64,000 nt of DNA from Octopus sinensis (GCF_006345805.1 NC_043007.1:30566001-30630000), one strand, 5' to 3'. Positions 39,476-53,440 are shown, counted from the stretch's first letter. A program made the numbers and translations. The notes: a model not told the origin generated them from the letters alone.

Positions 39476-40354
39476 CATCTATCTATATATATATATATAT
39501 ATATATATGTAACAATTTTCTGCCGCTATCACTCTGCCTCTCTGTTTCTCTCTCTTTCTGTATCTCTGTATATATATATGCCTGTGTGTGCGCGTGTGCG
39601 TAAGAGCGAAAGGGGAGAGTGCGTGTGCTTGCGCGAGTCTTTCTGACCGTGTACGTGAAAGGTCCCAGACATACGCTTATCTACCTTTATCTATCTCCCT
39701 ATCTGTTTGTACACACACGCACACACGCAAGCACATGAATTCACGCATGCACACATGCCTACACGCACATACACGCATGCATCCTTCCATACCTGATCGT
39801 AAATGCACGACGGGAAGTGGGAGGAGTAAAAGGAATGGCGACCACCGGTTGGCTGATTGGCTGCTTGCTTCGGTCGGTTGTTCAGCTGTTCGGTTAGTCG
39901 GTTGGTCGGGTGGTTCGTTGTTCGTATTGGTAAGACAGTAAGTTTGTGTGGCGATTCGCCAAGTATCGTAAGGCAAGGGGAAAATATGAAAACAAAAAGA
40001 GGGAAACAGAGAGAGAGAGAGAGAAAGAATGGAAATGAAGAGAGAGAGAAAGAAGAGAGAGAGAAAGAAGAGAGAGAGAAAGAAGAGAGAGAGAAAGGAA
40101 GAGAAATATGGTTGTTTCGTTGTTGATTTTGTTATATTTATTTACGTTTTTTTTTTTTTGTAATTTGATTTACATTTTTTTATATTTTTGCAATTTCGAT
40201 ATGGGTCATAGCGAATGTCGGGCCGGAAGCCAAAGTCGGACATTTTGTTTCGTTTATATTTATTGTTTATTTATATTTTGTTTTGCAACGTCTGCATGCA
40301 GGGGTATGCGGCGTTCCTGTTTGGGGTGGTCTCTGCAGTGTTGTTATAACGAAC

Positions 40355-40389
<35 letters not shown>

Positions 40390-40798
40390 CAATTATTTGT
40401 GCTTGTTGTGCTACTGCTGTTAGTGATGATGGTGGTGATGGTGGTGGTGATATATTTTGGTGGTAGCGTATGTAAGCTTGTGATTGGTTTTGCGAGAAGG
40501 AACCTTAGCGACAACAATTACTAACGCTAGTGTTCTTGCTGTTATTGTTAGTGTTGTTCTCATTTGATGGTTTCAGTGGTATGTTTCGGTGGCGGTTTCG
40601 GTTATTGAGAGATGGTGAAGGTAATGTACAAGTTGTGGTATTGGTGGGGTGTGTATGTGTGAGTGACGGTGATGTTGGTGTAGTAGCAATGCTATTATTA
40701 CTAATACTGCAGCTACTCAAAAGATGTCATTACAACAAGTGGTGCGTAATAATAATAATAATAATAATATAATAATAATAATAAATAATAATAATAAT

Positions 40799-41294
40799 AA
40801 GATGGGCCACAGCAAATATTCTGCTCAGTACCACAGATTTGCTTGTCAGTTGCTTGACCTTAACCAGTTGAGCATGTCCCTTAGTGACTGACGATATGTG
40901 CATCTCTGATCACGAGCAGAAGTAGTGGGGGAGCTATGATGCTCCCCCACTACTTCTGCTCGTGATCAGAGATGCACATATGTTGAGAGGGAGTTTTGGG
41001 GGTTTGAATAATTCACCTCTGGAAACATGGGTGTTTCGTTTAACATCCTTAAACAGCCCTTATTCAGGGACCATTTGAGAAGGATGGGTTACTCGACCAG
41101 AAGAAAATTCTAACTGGGCCCCACCTACAAGGTCATGCGCTGTTTATCTTGATATGAGGTCACCATGTCGCACACATATGGTTGTGATGCATGTGCCGGG
41201 TGTACCTTATGAGACGGGTAGTCATGATGGGTATACTGGGCTTCGTATATTTTACCCCAGTGTCACTTTGATGGCATACACAGCTCTCTCACTC
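40799..41294 (-). mobile_element. (ATT)n-anchored ~495-bp repeat, hairpin subfamily, copy 1
   Basis: (AAT)n on both sides; 41-bp perfect hairpin at 40894-40981. Confidence 0.9.
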
Positions 41295-41335
41295 AATAAT
41301 AATAATAAAATAATAATAATAATAATAATAATAAT

Positions 41336-41830
41336 AAGATGGGCCACAGCAAATATTCTGCTCAGTACCACAGATTTGCTTGTCAGTTGCTTGACTTAAC
41401 CAGTTGAGCATGTCCCTTAGTGACTGACGATATGTGCATCTCTGATCACGAGCAGAAGTAGTGGGGGAGCTATGATGCTCCCCCACTACTTCTGCTCGTG
41501 ATCAGAGATGCACATATGTTGAGAGGGAGTTTTGGGGGTTTGAATAATTCACCTCTGGAAACATGGGTGTTTCGTTTAACATCCTTAAACAGCCCTTATT
41601 CAGGGACCATTTGAGAAGGATGGGTTACTCGACCAGAAGAAAATTCTAACTGGGCCCCACCTACAAGGTCATGCGCTGTTTATCTTGATATGAGGTCACC
41701 ATGTCGCACACATATGGTTGTGATGCATGTGCCGGGTGTACCTTATGAGACGGGTAGTCATGATGGGTATACTGGGCTTCGTATATTTTACCCCAGTGTC
41801 ACTTTGATGGCATACACAGCTCTCTCACTC
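41336..41830 (-). mobile_element. (ATT)n-anchored repeat, hairpin subfamily, copy 2 (tandem)
   Basis: Identical to copy 1 except one 1-bp deletion seen; hairpin at 41430-41517. Confidence 0.9.
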
Positions 41831-41891
<61 letters not shown>

Positions 41892-41989
41892 GTAATAATA
41901 ATAATGATAATAATAATTCTTTCTACTAAAGACACCTAACATTTGGGGAGAAAATAATAATCCTTTCTACTCAAGGCTTGGAATTTGGG

Positions 41990-42165
41990 GAGAGGGGACT
42001 GGTCGATTACACCTACCTCGGTATTTCACTGGTACTTAATTTATCGACTCTGAAAGAATGAAAGGCAAAGTCAACCTCGGTGGAATTTGAACTCAGAACT
42101 TAGCGACGGGCGAAATACCGCTAAGCATTTCGCCCGGCGTGCTAACGATTCTGCCAGCTCACCAC
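41990..42165 (-). mobile_element. SINE family B
   Basis: GGCAAAGTCAACCTCGGTGGAATTTGAACTCAGAAC...CTGCCAGCTC on plus. Confidence 0.8.
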
Positions 42166-42239
42166 CTTTATAATAATAATAACGGTTTCAAATTTTGCCA
42201 CAAGGACAGCCATTTTGGTGGGAGGGGGTGTATCAATGA

Positions 42240-42544
42240 ACGAACCACCCATGTTTCCAGAGGCGAATTATTCAAACTCCAAAGAAATTCCTTTCTCAAT
42301 AAATGGCGATGATGCTACCCCACTACTTCTGTTCGTGATCAGAGGTGCATATATTGTCAGCCAGCTCAACTGACATACTCAGCTTCTTATGGTCAAGCAA
42401 TTGACAAGCAAGTCCATGGTATTGAGCAGAATATTTGCTGTAGCCCATCTTTTATACCAAAACAAAATATTGTACATGATTAGACATCCAATCAGTTAAT
42501 ATCAGAAGCCATGAGAGGCAGTGCCTGGTACTGCATCAGGGCAT

Positions 42545-42579
<35 letters not shown>

Positions 42580-42650
42580 GAGCAAGAGAGCAGCTCATGC
42601 CATCAAAATGTCACTGGGGTACAAATATACGAAGCCCAGTATACGCATCA
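42240..42650 (+). mobile_element. Older (ATT)n-anchored repeat: end of one unit, (ATT)n, start of the next
   Basis: No hairpin; extends ~110 nt past CCCATCTT; next unit starts ~42579. Confidence 0.75.
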
Positions 42651-43446
42651 TAAAGTTTTGATATAAATGTTAATTTCAGACCAAGGTACACTGTGACACT
42701 CTTGGTTTTCGCTTGGCGTGAAGAAAATATATTTGATTGCACTGACCTCAGTACTTGACCAGTGCTTTATCTTAATGACTTTGCACAGATGAATAGCAAA
42801 TTTGGTGTGGGCATGATTTGAGCTCAGAAAGTAATATAATATACCTAAATACATCCACTTCCATTTCTGTCAAATACTGCTTTAATTTATTAATAATTTC
42901 TGTCGATAGCAAAGTGGACATTAATGCAAACAATCAAGCAAACATACAGGGTAAAAACTGTGGCAGCTAACTTCACTGTTGAAAGATAATGATGCGCAAA
43001 GATGGAGTTGGCAAGTTTACAGATGCTGCAAATGCTAACGTGACATTTTGTAATGGTGTTAATGGTTGTTGTTGCTGTTAGGGTGATGGTGCTGGTGGTG
43101 GTGGGCGGGGTTGTATATTGATTTTGTGGTTGCTTAGCCCCAGGTGGATTTGATTGAACAGACCTCTGATCAAAAACATTCCACCTATAACCAACCAATA
43201 TTGTTGATAGTATTAATTTGCCCTTTCGCTATTGAAGACAGAATATTGTAATCTTAGGGGTATTTGGCAGCTATTTCTCGCATATCAAACAAGCGTATTG
43301 ACTATACTTCGTCAGCCTGTGCCAGTACTAACCTTTGTTGTTGTTGTCCTTGTTATCGTCATCATTGTTGTCGTTGTTGCTGCTGTTGTTTTGTGGTTGC
43401 TGTTTAACCCCAGGTTACCTCTGAACGGCGGACAAACTTAGCAACA

Positions 43447-44900
43447 GGCCCTGATGGATTCCCAGCAATCCTCCCATAGAAATGCAAAGGAACTCTAGCT
43501 AGACGACTTTAGATTCTCTTCTAGAGCTTCCACACAATAAGGAGACTTCCCAAAAAGTTAAAGGCATAATATGCCCCATCCATAAGGTAGTTAGCAGAGC
43601 AGACGCTAAGAATTATAGACCTGTCTCTCTAACTTCCCATGTCAGCAAAGTCATGGAGCAGATTGTCAGAAAGAAACTAATTGCGTTCCTTAAAGATAAT
43701 GACTTGCTTCCGGACACCCAGCATGACTTCCGCTCAGGCAGAAGCTGCCTTACACAGCTTTTGCAACTCTATGACTGGGTGTTGAAGGAATTAATGAATC
43801 GTTCAAATGTAGATGGGATACATTTTGACTTTACAAAGGCCTTTGATAAGTTTGATCGTGGGATGATGGAGTGATATGTCACAAACTACAGAGACTCAGG
43901 GGAAATTGGAGAGTGGTTGCATGACTTCTTAAGAGACAGAAGCCAAGCTGTAGCAGCCAACAGAGCCCTCTCTGTGGAGACATTAATAGAAAGTGGAGTG
44001 CATCAGTGATCTGTACTGGAGCCACTACTGTTCATGGTCGCTCTTTCAGACATACCACCAGTTACACAGACATCCACACTTACTAGCTATGCTGACGACA
44101 CGAAAGTAGTACAAACAGTCAAGGACCCTTCTGATGCTAATCTTCTACAGAAAGACCAAGATACCTTATATAAATGAGCTTAGGACAACAACATGCAATT
44201 TAATGCAGGCAAATTCCCAGCCCTCCGCTCCCAGCTAATTGGTGCTCAGTAGTCACAACAACGATACTTCGGACCATAAAGAGCGGAAATCCTAGAATCA
44301 CATACGGTGCGTGATCTTGATATGAGCAAGGATGCCTTGTTTCACATGCATGTCACCAAGATGGTGGCAGCATGCAGGCGAATGGTCGGATGGATTCAGA
44401 ACAAGGGACCAGGAAACTATGCCGGTCCTGTGGAGGACATTTGTCCCTAGCCGTCTAGACTACTGCTCTCAACTGTGGTCATCTTACACTGTAGGATTAA
44501 TAGTAGAACTTGAGGCGGTTCAATGATACTACATGAGGAAGGTTGCATCAATGGAACAGCTGAGCAACTGGGAGAGACTGAAAGAGCCACGACTCTACTC
44601 CCTGGAGCGAAGACGGGAGAGATATGCAGTGATATATGTATGGAAGATACTGGAGGAGCTGGCATCAAACTTTGGAATTGAGTGCTAAACCAGACCTCAA
44701 AATAGATGTCGCTTCACTTTTCCAAAAGTCCCAGCTGTGTCATCTAAAGCGAAGACCATGTACTGCAACGGCTTGGGATTCAAGGGCCCACGGCTATTTA
44801 ACTCCTTGCCAAACATCTGAGAGATATCCATGTGGGAGGAGTTGTTTTCAAGAAACAACTTGACCTCTTACTATCCAAGATCCGACATGAACCAATATGA
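43447..44900 (+). pseudogene. CR1-group LINE reverse transcriptase remnant
   Basis: GPDGFPA, NYRPVSLTSHVSKVMEQIV, QHDFRSGRSCLTQLL, DFTKAFDK, disrupted QGSVLGPLLF, YADDTK, GPRLFNSL; many stops/frameshifts. Confidence 0.92.
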
Positions 44901-45084
44901 AGACAGGAAACTCAAAAGAGGGCAACAGTATCGAACACCCTCCTTTACCAAAAGCCAAACCCATAGAATTGACCTATTAAAAGGTGATTACACTAATGGT
45001 GCCCCAGCATGGCCGCAGTCTCAAGGCTGAGACATATAAAAGAATAAAAGTGTGTGTAGTGTGTGTGTGTATGTGTGTGTGTGT

Positions 45085-45290
45085 ATGTGTCTTTGTCTCT
45101 CTCTTTGACCCCAACCACCACTTGGCAACCAGTGTTTGCGTGTTTACGTAACTTAGCAGAGACCGATAGAATAAGTACTTGTCTTAAAAGAAAACAGAAG
45201 TACTCGGGTCTGTTCGCTCGACTAAAAGTTCTTCAAGACGGTGCTCTAGCATGGCCACGGTCTAATGTCTGAAACAATCAAAAACAAAAA
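45085..45290 (+). mobile_element. SINE family A 3' part
   Basis: ...GACCGATAGAATAAGTACT...GGTGCTCTAGCATGGCCACGGTC. Confidence 0.7.
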
Positions 45291-45861
45291 CAAAAAAAGA
45301 TATCTCATGCACACACGCAGATTCTTCTTTTAAGTCTTTGATCATATTGTAATCGTGTTTTTGGAGTTTTGAAGATATTCGCTGAAAGGGATTGGTACAA
45401 CGTTTTAGGAAGCGGCTGTAGATAAGGGCTTGTTTGAGTGGGTTTGTTTATTTCTAGTCCCATTCCCCTCTCATCCAACAGAACTACGACCAAAGAATTC
45501 CTTACTGTGACGTAGGACAATATTAATGTGCTTCTTTATTTAAAACAATGGTCTTCTATGAGAAGGAGGCTACTTGTTCTGAAGAATCAACTGACTTCTT
45601 TGAGGATATTTCTTTGGTTCTTGGAGTGTTTTAAATATACCTAAGGTCTAAAAGATCTCTGCATATGTAGTTCTAAGGAGGGCGTGGATTTGGAACAAAT
45701 AACCAAACTGCAGAATGGTCAAGATGTTAGTAAGGACAAAAGTGCTAACGATGGTATCAATGATCGTTGTTGTTGTTTGCCCAAGGGTCAGTCCTGATCG
45801 ACCAGTCACATGATCAAAGTTATTTCTATTGTAACCATCCAGTCTTTTTTAAAATCTGAGC

Positions 45862-46018
45862 AGGTGCAGGTGTGGCTGAATGGTAAGATGTCTGCTCCTT
45901 GACCACAAGATTCCAGGTTCAGACCCACTGCGTGGCACCTTGGACACGTGTCTTTTTCTATAGTCTCGAGCCGATGAAAGCCTTGGATATCGAACACGGA
46001 AACTCAAAGCCCGGCGTA
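45862..46018 (+). mobile_element. SINE family A
   Basis: GGTGTGGCTGAATGGTAAG...GGTTCAGACCCACTGCGTGGCACCTTGG. Confidence 0.8.
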
Positions 46019-46030
46019 TGTACATATGTG

Positions 46031-46123
<93 letters not shown>

Positions 46124-46994
46124 ATATGCATACATGTGTGTGTGTGTTTGTGTGTGTGCGTGCGTGTGTGTGTGTGTGTGTGTGTGTGTCTTTATGTCGC
46201 TCGACAAAAATTCTCCAAACCGATGCCCCAGTATGGCTACAATCTGATAATTGGAACACGTGCAGAATAAAGGAAAATATATACGTTGTCCTTGTTTTCA
46301 AGAAAAAAATCTTTCGTGCATGATGTTAGTGGGACCTGGCTGTTATTTTTAGCTATTCCAGTGACGAAATAGGGGCTTCTCGTTGCTGTTGATACTGCTG
46401 CACCAACTGAGCAGTCCTGACTGAAGACATTCCAGCCTTGACATTCCCCTTCTATCTTGGACATTGTAAATCAAGGACCACATAGCACAACGTGGCTCTC
46501 AGCATTAAAGACGCTCGGTGTTTTATCCAAGAGCATTTGGTTGTTATTTCTAGAAGGTCAAGCGTCTATATGAAGGCTCCAAATGTGGCTCGTTGTTGAC
46601 TGATGTTCATCATGGCGTCAGCAGAGATAGTTGTTGATGGAATCTTTTTTTTTATTGTGGCCGCTTTCCATGCTGTTGTCGTTGATATTGGTGGTGGTGG
46701 TGATGATGATGATGATGATGGCGACGACGACGGTGATGACGATGTAGTAGATGATGATGGTGATGATGTATCTGTTGCAAGGTTTATGAAATAAAAATAA
46801 TTGAATATGTATAGCAATATGAATATACATACATGCCTTTATTCTTATATATATATATATAATATATTGTGCATATATGTGTATATTTTGTATGCACATG
46901 TGTTTGTGTACATGTGTGTGTGCGTGCGTGCGTGCGCGTGTGTGTTTGTACATGTATATATGTATGTATGAATCTATGTATGTACGCATGTATT

Positions 46995-47034
<40 letters not shown>

Positions 47035-47666
47035 ACACACACACACGCACACACACATACACATATATCCAACTGTCTTTCCACTTTCACGCATACAAAC
47101 CTACCTCGAGTAATGCAGTGTAGCTCTTTGCTCGCCTGCTAACTTGGCATAATTCCAAGATTCTCATGCTGCAAGTATATCTTAATTTATTCGCCAATGA
47201 TGAAGTAGACTAGCTCTAATACACAGTCGAACAATGGTCGAATGGTTACGGCAATATTTTACACGCAATGCCAAATTTCACAGGTTCAAATCTTACCACG
47301 AGTATCGTGCATGCTGCTATGTTGGGGACCAGACAATCCTTCCTCTACAGTACGCTCCAAAACATTCTCTGTGTCAACTGAGGGGTAGAGATAATATAAT
47401 CGGTAGAGTGTCTGGTACATTAATTTATATATTTCGGATTTTTTATATTGTCTCGAGACGTTTTGAGTTCAAATCCAACTCGTGCCAACGTTGACCTTTC
47501 CAATTCCATGTGCCATAAAACCGTAATGGTAGACACAATATGATCTTTAAAAAAGGTAAACTAGCATGCTAGAAATACCAGGTAAATCGTGATGTGGATT
47601 TCGACTGAGAAAATTCACAGTTCTTTAAAATGGAACCACATTTCAATGTCTTATGCATGAAAGCTC

Positions 47667-47728
<62 letters not shown>

Positions 47729-47740
47729 GTGTGTGTATTT

Positions 47741-47889
47741 AAAAGCAGCAGAAATATCACAAAAACTGTTACTCTGAGTAACAGTTTTTGTGATATTTCT
47801 GCTGCTTTTTAATAAAGCATATTACTCTACCTCTGGTATTTGAGTACAATTATTTCCCACCTTGTTTCACATTTATGTGCTTAATCCGG
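47741..47889 (+). mobile_element. Perfect 34-bp-arm palindrome plus ~80-nt tail ending at (TA)n
   Basis: 47741-47774 is the exact reverse complement of 47776-47809, with a 1-nt loop. Confidence 0.85.
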
Positions 47890-47935
47890 TATATATATAT
47901 CTATCTATATATATATATACATATATATATATTAT

Positions 47936-47970
<35 letters not shown>

Positions 47971-49031
47971 TTCTCTTTTATCTTTGTTTCAGAATTTTTG
48001 AACTGCTGCCATGCTGGGACACCACCTTGAAGGGTTTGAATAGCCCAAAATCGACGCCATGATTTATGTTTCTTAAAATGTCTTAGACTTATTCTATCGT
48101 TTACTGAATGCCTGTGACGGTGACTTAAACAAACAGTCGCTGTTTGTCAATCGGTGGTAGGGCGAGAAGCACAAACTCAAACACACACACACACACACAT
48201 AGAGATACCTAGACATATATGTATATATGTGTGTGTATATCAGGCACGTGTGTATATTAGGCAGTTGGTGACGTTTATGTTGTAAAAAGCAAAAACAAAA
48301 AGTGAGACACAGGCACGCAGATTTACTTCTGCCTTTATAGTACGTAAAGAAAACGTTGTTGTAGGAATGTACGCAGCATGTGTACTACAGCAGTTCTATG
48401 CGTTGTTTTAATACTGAAATTTAAAAGCAGGGGCGAATTATGCCTACCTAATCTACAAAAATTAAAATATTTAGCGTTTTATGCATAGTAATCAGAGCAA
48501 CCTGCATAATTTTATTGAATTAGGTGTATATTTTGCTATAAAAGGAAAATGTTACTATCGATCTATTTTATTCAGGGTAGGCACGCACTGCCTACCTTGC
48601 CAACCCAGGTGGCACGGCCCTGATGTGTATGTGTATATATATATATATATGTCACCGTGATCATCATTGACCGATCAGGCTATTAGATGTTGTTATACAT
48701 CGCTGTTCACAATGCACTTCGCATCGTTTTAGCCTTCAAATGACGCAACCCCGCTGGCTAAACGAACAGGTCAATATATATATATATATATATAAAGGTA
48801 CGCTACTTCTTTGGAGTCAAACTTTCTAATTTCCATACTCATCTATAGAGGGAACGTCTGTGATACCTCTTAACTTACATCTTCAAATAACCGTCGAAGC
48901 CATTACTTATGATTAAATATCCGACATGACTCACATCTCTTTCTCACTCGGATAAAAATATGAATCTCCTAGATCCTCCAATTTTTCTGTTATATTCCTT
49001 CTCAAGTCCATTGTATTTTTTGTTTATACTT

Positions 49032-49139
49032 CCTGAACTGAAGAGTACGTTGATATCTAATTAATTTAATTTAATTCAATCATGAATTTACATTATTATT
49101 ATTATTGTTATATCTCTCTACGTAACGATCGACTGCAAG
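49032..49139 (+). ncRNA. Decayed hammerhead-like motif
   Basis: CTGAAGA-GTA...TAC-GTAAC-GATC-GAC: two core substitutions. Confidence 0.3.
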
Positions 49140-49290
49140 AATTAAACTTCTTATAAATTTTAACAACTTTTCTCCTCCATTTTTAACTAAATTGTTTTAT
49201 GAGACTTCATTCCATAAATTCACCATACATTATATATATGTGTATATATATATATGTTTTTGTGTGTGCATATATATGTGCATGTATATA

Positions 49291-49342
<52 letters not shown>

Positions 49343-50344
49343 CATACAGTCGCGCGCGCGTGACGGGTCTCCACGCAGTTTCCCTCCTCCATGTCCTATC
49401 ACAACTCATTGGTCAGTTTTGGGCTACAGTAGAAGACCGGGGCCCGAGGCACCTCGCAGACTGAACACAAAACAACATGAATGCAAGCGAACTCCTGCAT
49501 TGGTGAGTAACTGCATATTTGTATACACACACACACACACATACACACACACATACATACATACATACACACACATGTATATATATATCTTTTCTCATTT
49601 TTACCAGAGTAATTTGTCTGGAATTGAAAAACATAAGAAGTAAATACGTCCACCGTGGACGCCGGATCAGGGGTTTCGTCCAACTCTGTCGAGACCTTTG
49701 TCCTGACTTTCTACGTACAAATATGCCTCAGAAGACACGCAATCATCTTTAAAAGGCAACACATAGAAGATAATGTCGTTTTAGATGTCCCTAGTATGAT
49801 GTGACTGCAACGAACGTGATAGAACAATGGCCATGTTTGTGATCTATTGCCACTGACCCGGGTATAAGTAACAGCAACAGAGAAACAAGAGAGATCGAGA
49901 TAATTGGTTGGTATTGTGCCGGCAAAAATTTTGTAAGGAAATCGATGAATTCGCTTAAGTTCACAGGATTGTTGATTGTCTGCAGTATTTCAAATTACGT
50001 ATTTCACTTGCGACACAATTCTAGTTGATTGTAATCATATATTTCATTTGCGATTCAATTCCTGTTTATTGTAACAACATATTTTAGTTGTGACGCAGTC
50101 CCAGGAGATTTTAAACAAATATTTGACTCGTGGCACAATTTCAGATTACTGGAATTACAAATTTCCTTTGCGACATCATTCCAATTCTTTTATATCCAAA
50201 TAATGCAGTTATGGGGATTCTCTTACATATTTTAGATGTAACACGACCCAACTGTGTTCACACATTTTTCAGTGGAGATACAATACCTAATTGTCGGCTT
50301 CTAATGTTGGTACAAGGCCAGCAATTTCGGGGAAGCTGTAAGCC

Positions 50345-50470
50345 AATTACATCAACCCCAGTACTCAACTGGTACTTACGTTATCGACCATAAAAGACTG
50401 ACAGGCAAACTCAACCTTGGCGGAATTTGAACTCTGAATGTGAGGATGAACGAAATGCCGTTAAACACTC
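50345..50470 (-). mobile_element. SINE family B
   Basis: GGCAAACTCAACCTTGGCGGAATTTGAACTC. Confidence 0.7.
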
Positions 50471-50512
50471 TGCAACCATGCTGCCTTCCAATACGAAATT
50501 ATTATAACGCCT

Positions 50513-50547
<35 letters not shown>

Positions 50548-50584
50548 TTAGCTTTTGGATTTGGTTCGCAAGATTCTTTATGTG

Positions 50585-50741
50585 AGTTCGTGTGTTGAAA
50601 CATATTCTGTTGTGTGAACAACTATTGAAAAGGTTGCAAGACAACGAAAATTTTAGAAAAATAAATAAGTAAATGAGTGGAAACTTTACCGGTGAGTGTG
50701 TTAAATTATAAGACACTAAAAGAGAATGAATCTCCCCAGAC

Positions 50742-50748
<7 letters not shown>
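50585..50748 (+). mobile_element. (TA)n-anchored element with variant hammerhead
   Basis: Sister of 34637-34762. Confidence 0.8.
50622..50656 (+). ncRNA. Variant minimal hammerhead (U3-A8)
   Basis: CUA-UUGAAAA-G-GUUG-CAAGA-CAAC-GAA-AAUU-U|UAG. Confidence 0.55.
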
Positions 50749-50810
<62 letters not shown>

Positions 50811-50869
50811 TATATGTATATAGATAGATAGATAGATAGATCGATAGATAGATAGATAGATAGATAGAT

Positions 50870-50916
<47 letters not shown>

Positions 50917-52129
50917 TATAGGTATATATATATATCAAACGTGACACAACTTCCCCACATCTTGCCCCACACACACAATAGCACCTTCATGAAGCGCCAT
51001 ACATCAACTGCGATACACTTCTTCCACCACAGCCTCCCGCCACCGCCACCGCCACTTCCAAATATTTCATTTATGACAGACATCTTTTAAACTCCATCCT
51101 AAAGTCTTCTTCCTTCATTTTACCATTCTTTACGTATTATCTTTATTCTATCTTTGTTATTCTACTTAAACTCTTTCACAACTATTTATATTTACATACA
51201 TTTCTTACATCAAAAACACACGTGATTTCAACTTTAGATCTCTCGCACTCAAACACTCACCCCTTCACTCCCTCTCTCGTTCCCTCACTCTCTCTCTCTC
51301 TCTCTCTTTCCCTTTCCTCCTCTCTTTTTGCTTGTCCCTCTCTCTCCCTCTCTGCCTACTTCCTGTCTATTTCTATCTTGTTTCCTTTCTCTTTCTATTT
51401 TCTATTTTTTCCGCACTCTTTGTAACTCTCAACTCCTTGTTGCATAATTGTTAGCTTACAGCTATAACTCTATGTACACACGTATGTGTGTATGTGTGTA
51501 TGTATGGACGATATATACATATGAGTGTGTACGTGTGTGTTTGTATGTATATGTGTATTACATACACATATATATATATGAGTATATATATATGCATATA
51601 TATGTATATATTCATGTATATAGATATTCGTGTATACACACACAACATAGACGCGAATACACAAACATTCACACATTGACGGGTAATCATTGTATATATA
51701 TATATACATATAATGACAATTCGAAGTTTATAATGTAAACTGTATAAAACCATATAATATTAATTCAAGCACTCAATAAACACATAGGAGTAGGTTCTGG
51801 TGTTCAGAAGAGGAAAGTGGTGATTGTGATTTCGAAGTGTGTCTGGTCGGAATCTTCGTTAGACTGCCAACAGTTGAGGTAAAGTTGCCATTTATTACTG
51901 ATGGGGAAATGTGGAATAGTGGAGATTATTGACAGTTTTATAGTTTATGGCTGTATATTAAAATGGGGAATTTGATGAAGGGAGAGGCGGAAGATGAAGG
52001 CGAAGTAGTCGGGGAAGAAGTGATAGATCACAAAAACCAAATAAATAATTATAACAAGGTTTTCTTTATTAACTACGAAGGGGTTTACAGGGCAACATTC
52101 TTCTGGGTTACATTAAACTCGTGTAAACA

Positions 52130-53440
52130 AGGGAAATAACAAAAACAAAAACAGAGAAAAACTAATAGTCCTTAAGTGAAAAGATTTCCGAAGGCTACTC
52201 GTGAAAACTGCACAAAAACTAATATCCCGTTGGCCACAAAGCCAAGTGTTCTCTCCCAGTTTTCTTTCTCTAATAATTCTCCGAGCAGCTTCATTTGGTC
52301 GAACCATTCTTGCCACTTTTGTTCATCTTTCAATAAATTTACTTCAGAGACTGCATTTCTCTTCCCACATCCATTTTCCTTTTCAAGTGAAACTTGAAGG
52401 AGTTGAGGAAGTCTCGGTGGTCAAAGAATAAGGTATCCGTCTTCAGCCCTTTCAATCCAGCTCACCACAGACCTTCTTTCACACTGGCCAACAGATAGAT
52501 ACAAACTGTCCTGTAATTCCCGACTAAAGTAAAACCGTAGAACAATGATTACAATGGACGCAGCTGATAACTGGATCCGTCTTGCATATGACAGTTGCTG
52601 TTCACGCTCTGCGTGAAACCTGTCCACCTGGCTCGTGCTTGTAGAATTTCGAGCTTGCAATGACGTTGCCAGTAGCACTGTCAGAACAATGCTCTCCGAA
52701 AATTTTTTCTGGGTTGAAAGTTCTCCGGAAGAGACCAGTTAGTTGATTTTCATCGACAGCCAGAGATTCCCAAGAAAATTGTCACTTTTACCAGCCATTA
52801 ATCCTCCATTGAATACCAAAGTGGAAGTTCCACTTTTCGCGTTGCTCGACTCGCAGAAGATTTTGACGTCATTCAGGTGTCAAGCATCCTGTGTTGCCCT
52901 CTGTTTAAGCCAGGACACCTGCTCTATAGAAGAGATGGAATCATTGGGGGTGTTGCAGCCCAAGTGCATGCTTGGTCATCATCAGCTTGGACATGTCCAA
53001 TTCGCCAAACACCAACCGTTGACAACAAATGGGGTGAAACATCCATCACTGCAGACAGGTCAGATGGGGTAAAGCATGACTATCAGACGATAATTGCTTA
53101 TGGAAGCCATAGGGATATTTGTCACTTCTGTCCAACCATTCAGAGATAGCTTCCACTTGGCCCATATCTGAATAAGATTGACCGCTCTGCTTTCCCCAGT
53201 AATTCTCTACCTGGAGATGTGGAAACAAACCAGACCCCAAGCAAATTAATTGGACCGTTCGCTTCGATCTGCCTCTCCATGTGCCCAGATGCAGGCCAAT
53301 CAAATTTTCATTGTGGTTTTGACACCTGTCACCGCCTCGTAGTCCTTAAAGCGGTGCAGATCATTTGGATGGGTTTGTTCCACGACACTATTAGAGTGAC
53401 ATTTGCCTCATATGACAAGAAAGATCTTCCAAAGACCAGA
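52130..53440 (-). pseudogene. Tx1/L1-clade LINE ORF2 remnant (late RT domain to C-terminus)
   Basis: LHRFKDYEAVTGVK, GLHLGTWRGRS, (G)VWF.PHLQVENYW, WAKWKLSLNG.TEV.N; frameshifted. Confidence 0.75.

Noticed and set aside
40799-41830. CRISPR-like or satellite array
   Set aside because: Eukaryotic context; whole unit duplicated, no unique spacers
49640-49720. GGACGAAAC on the minus strand as a hammerhead
   Set aside because: No CUGANGA at the right position and no UH after helix III
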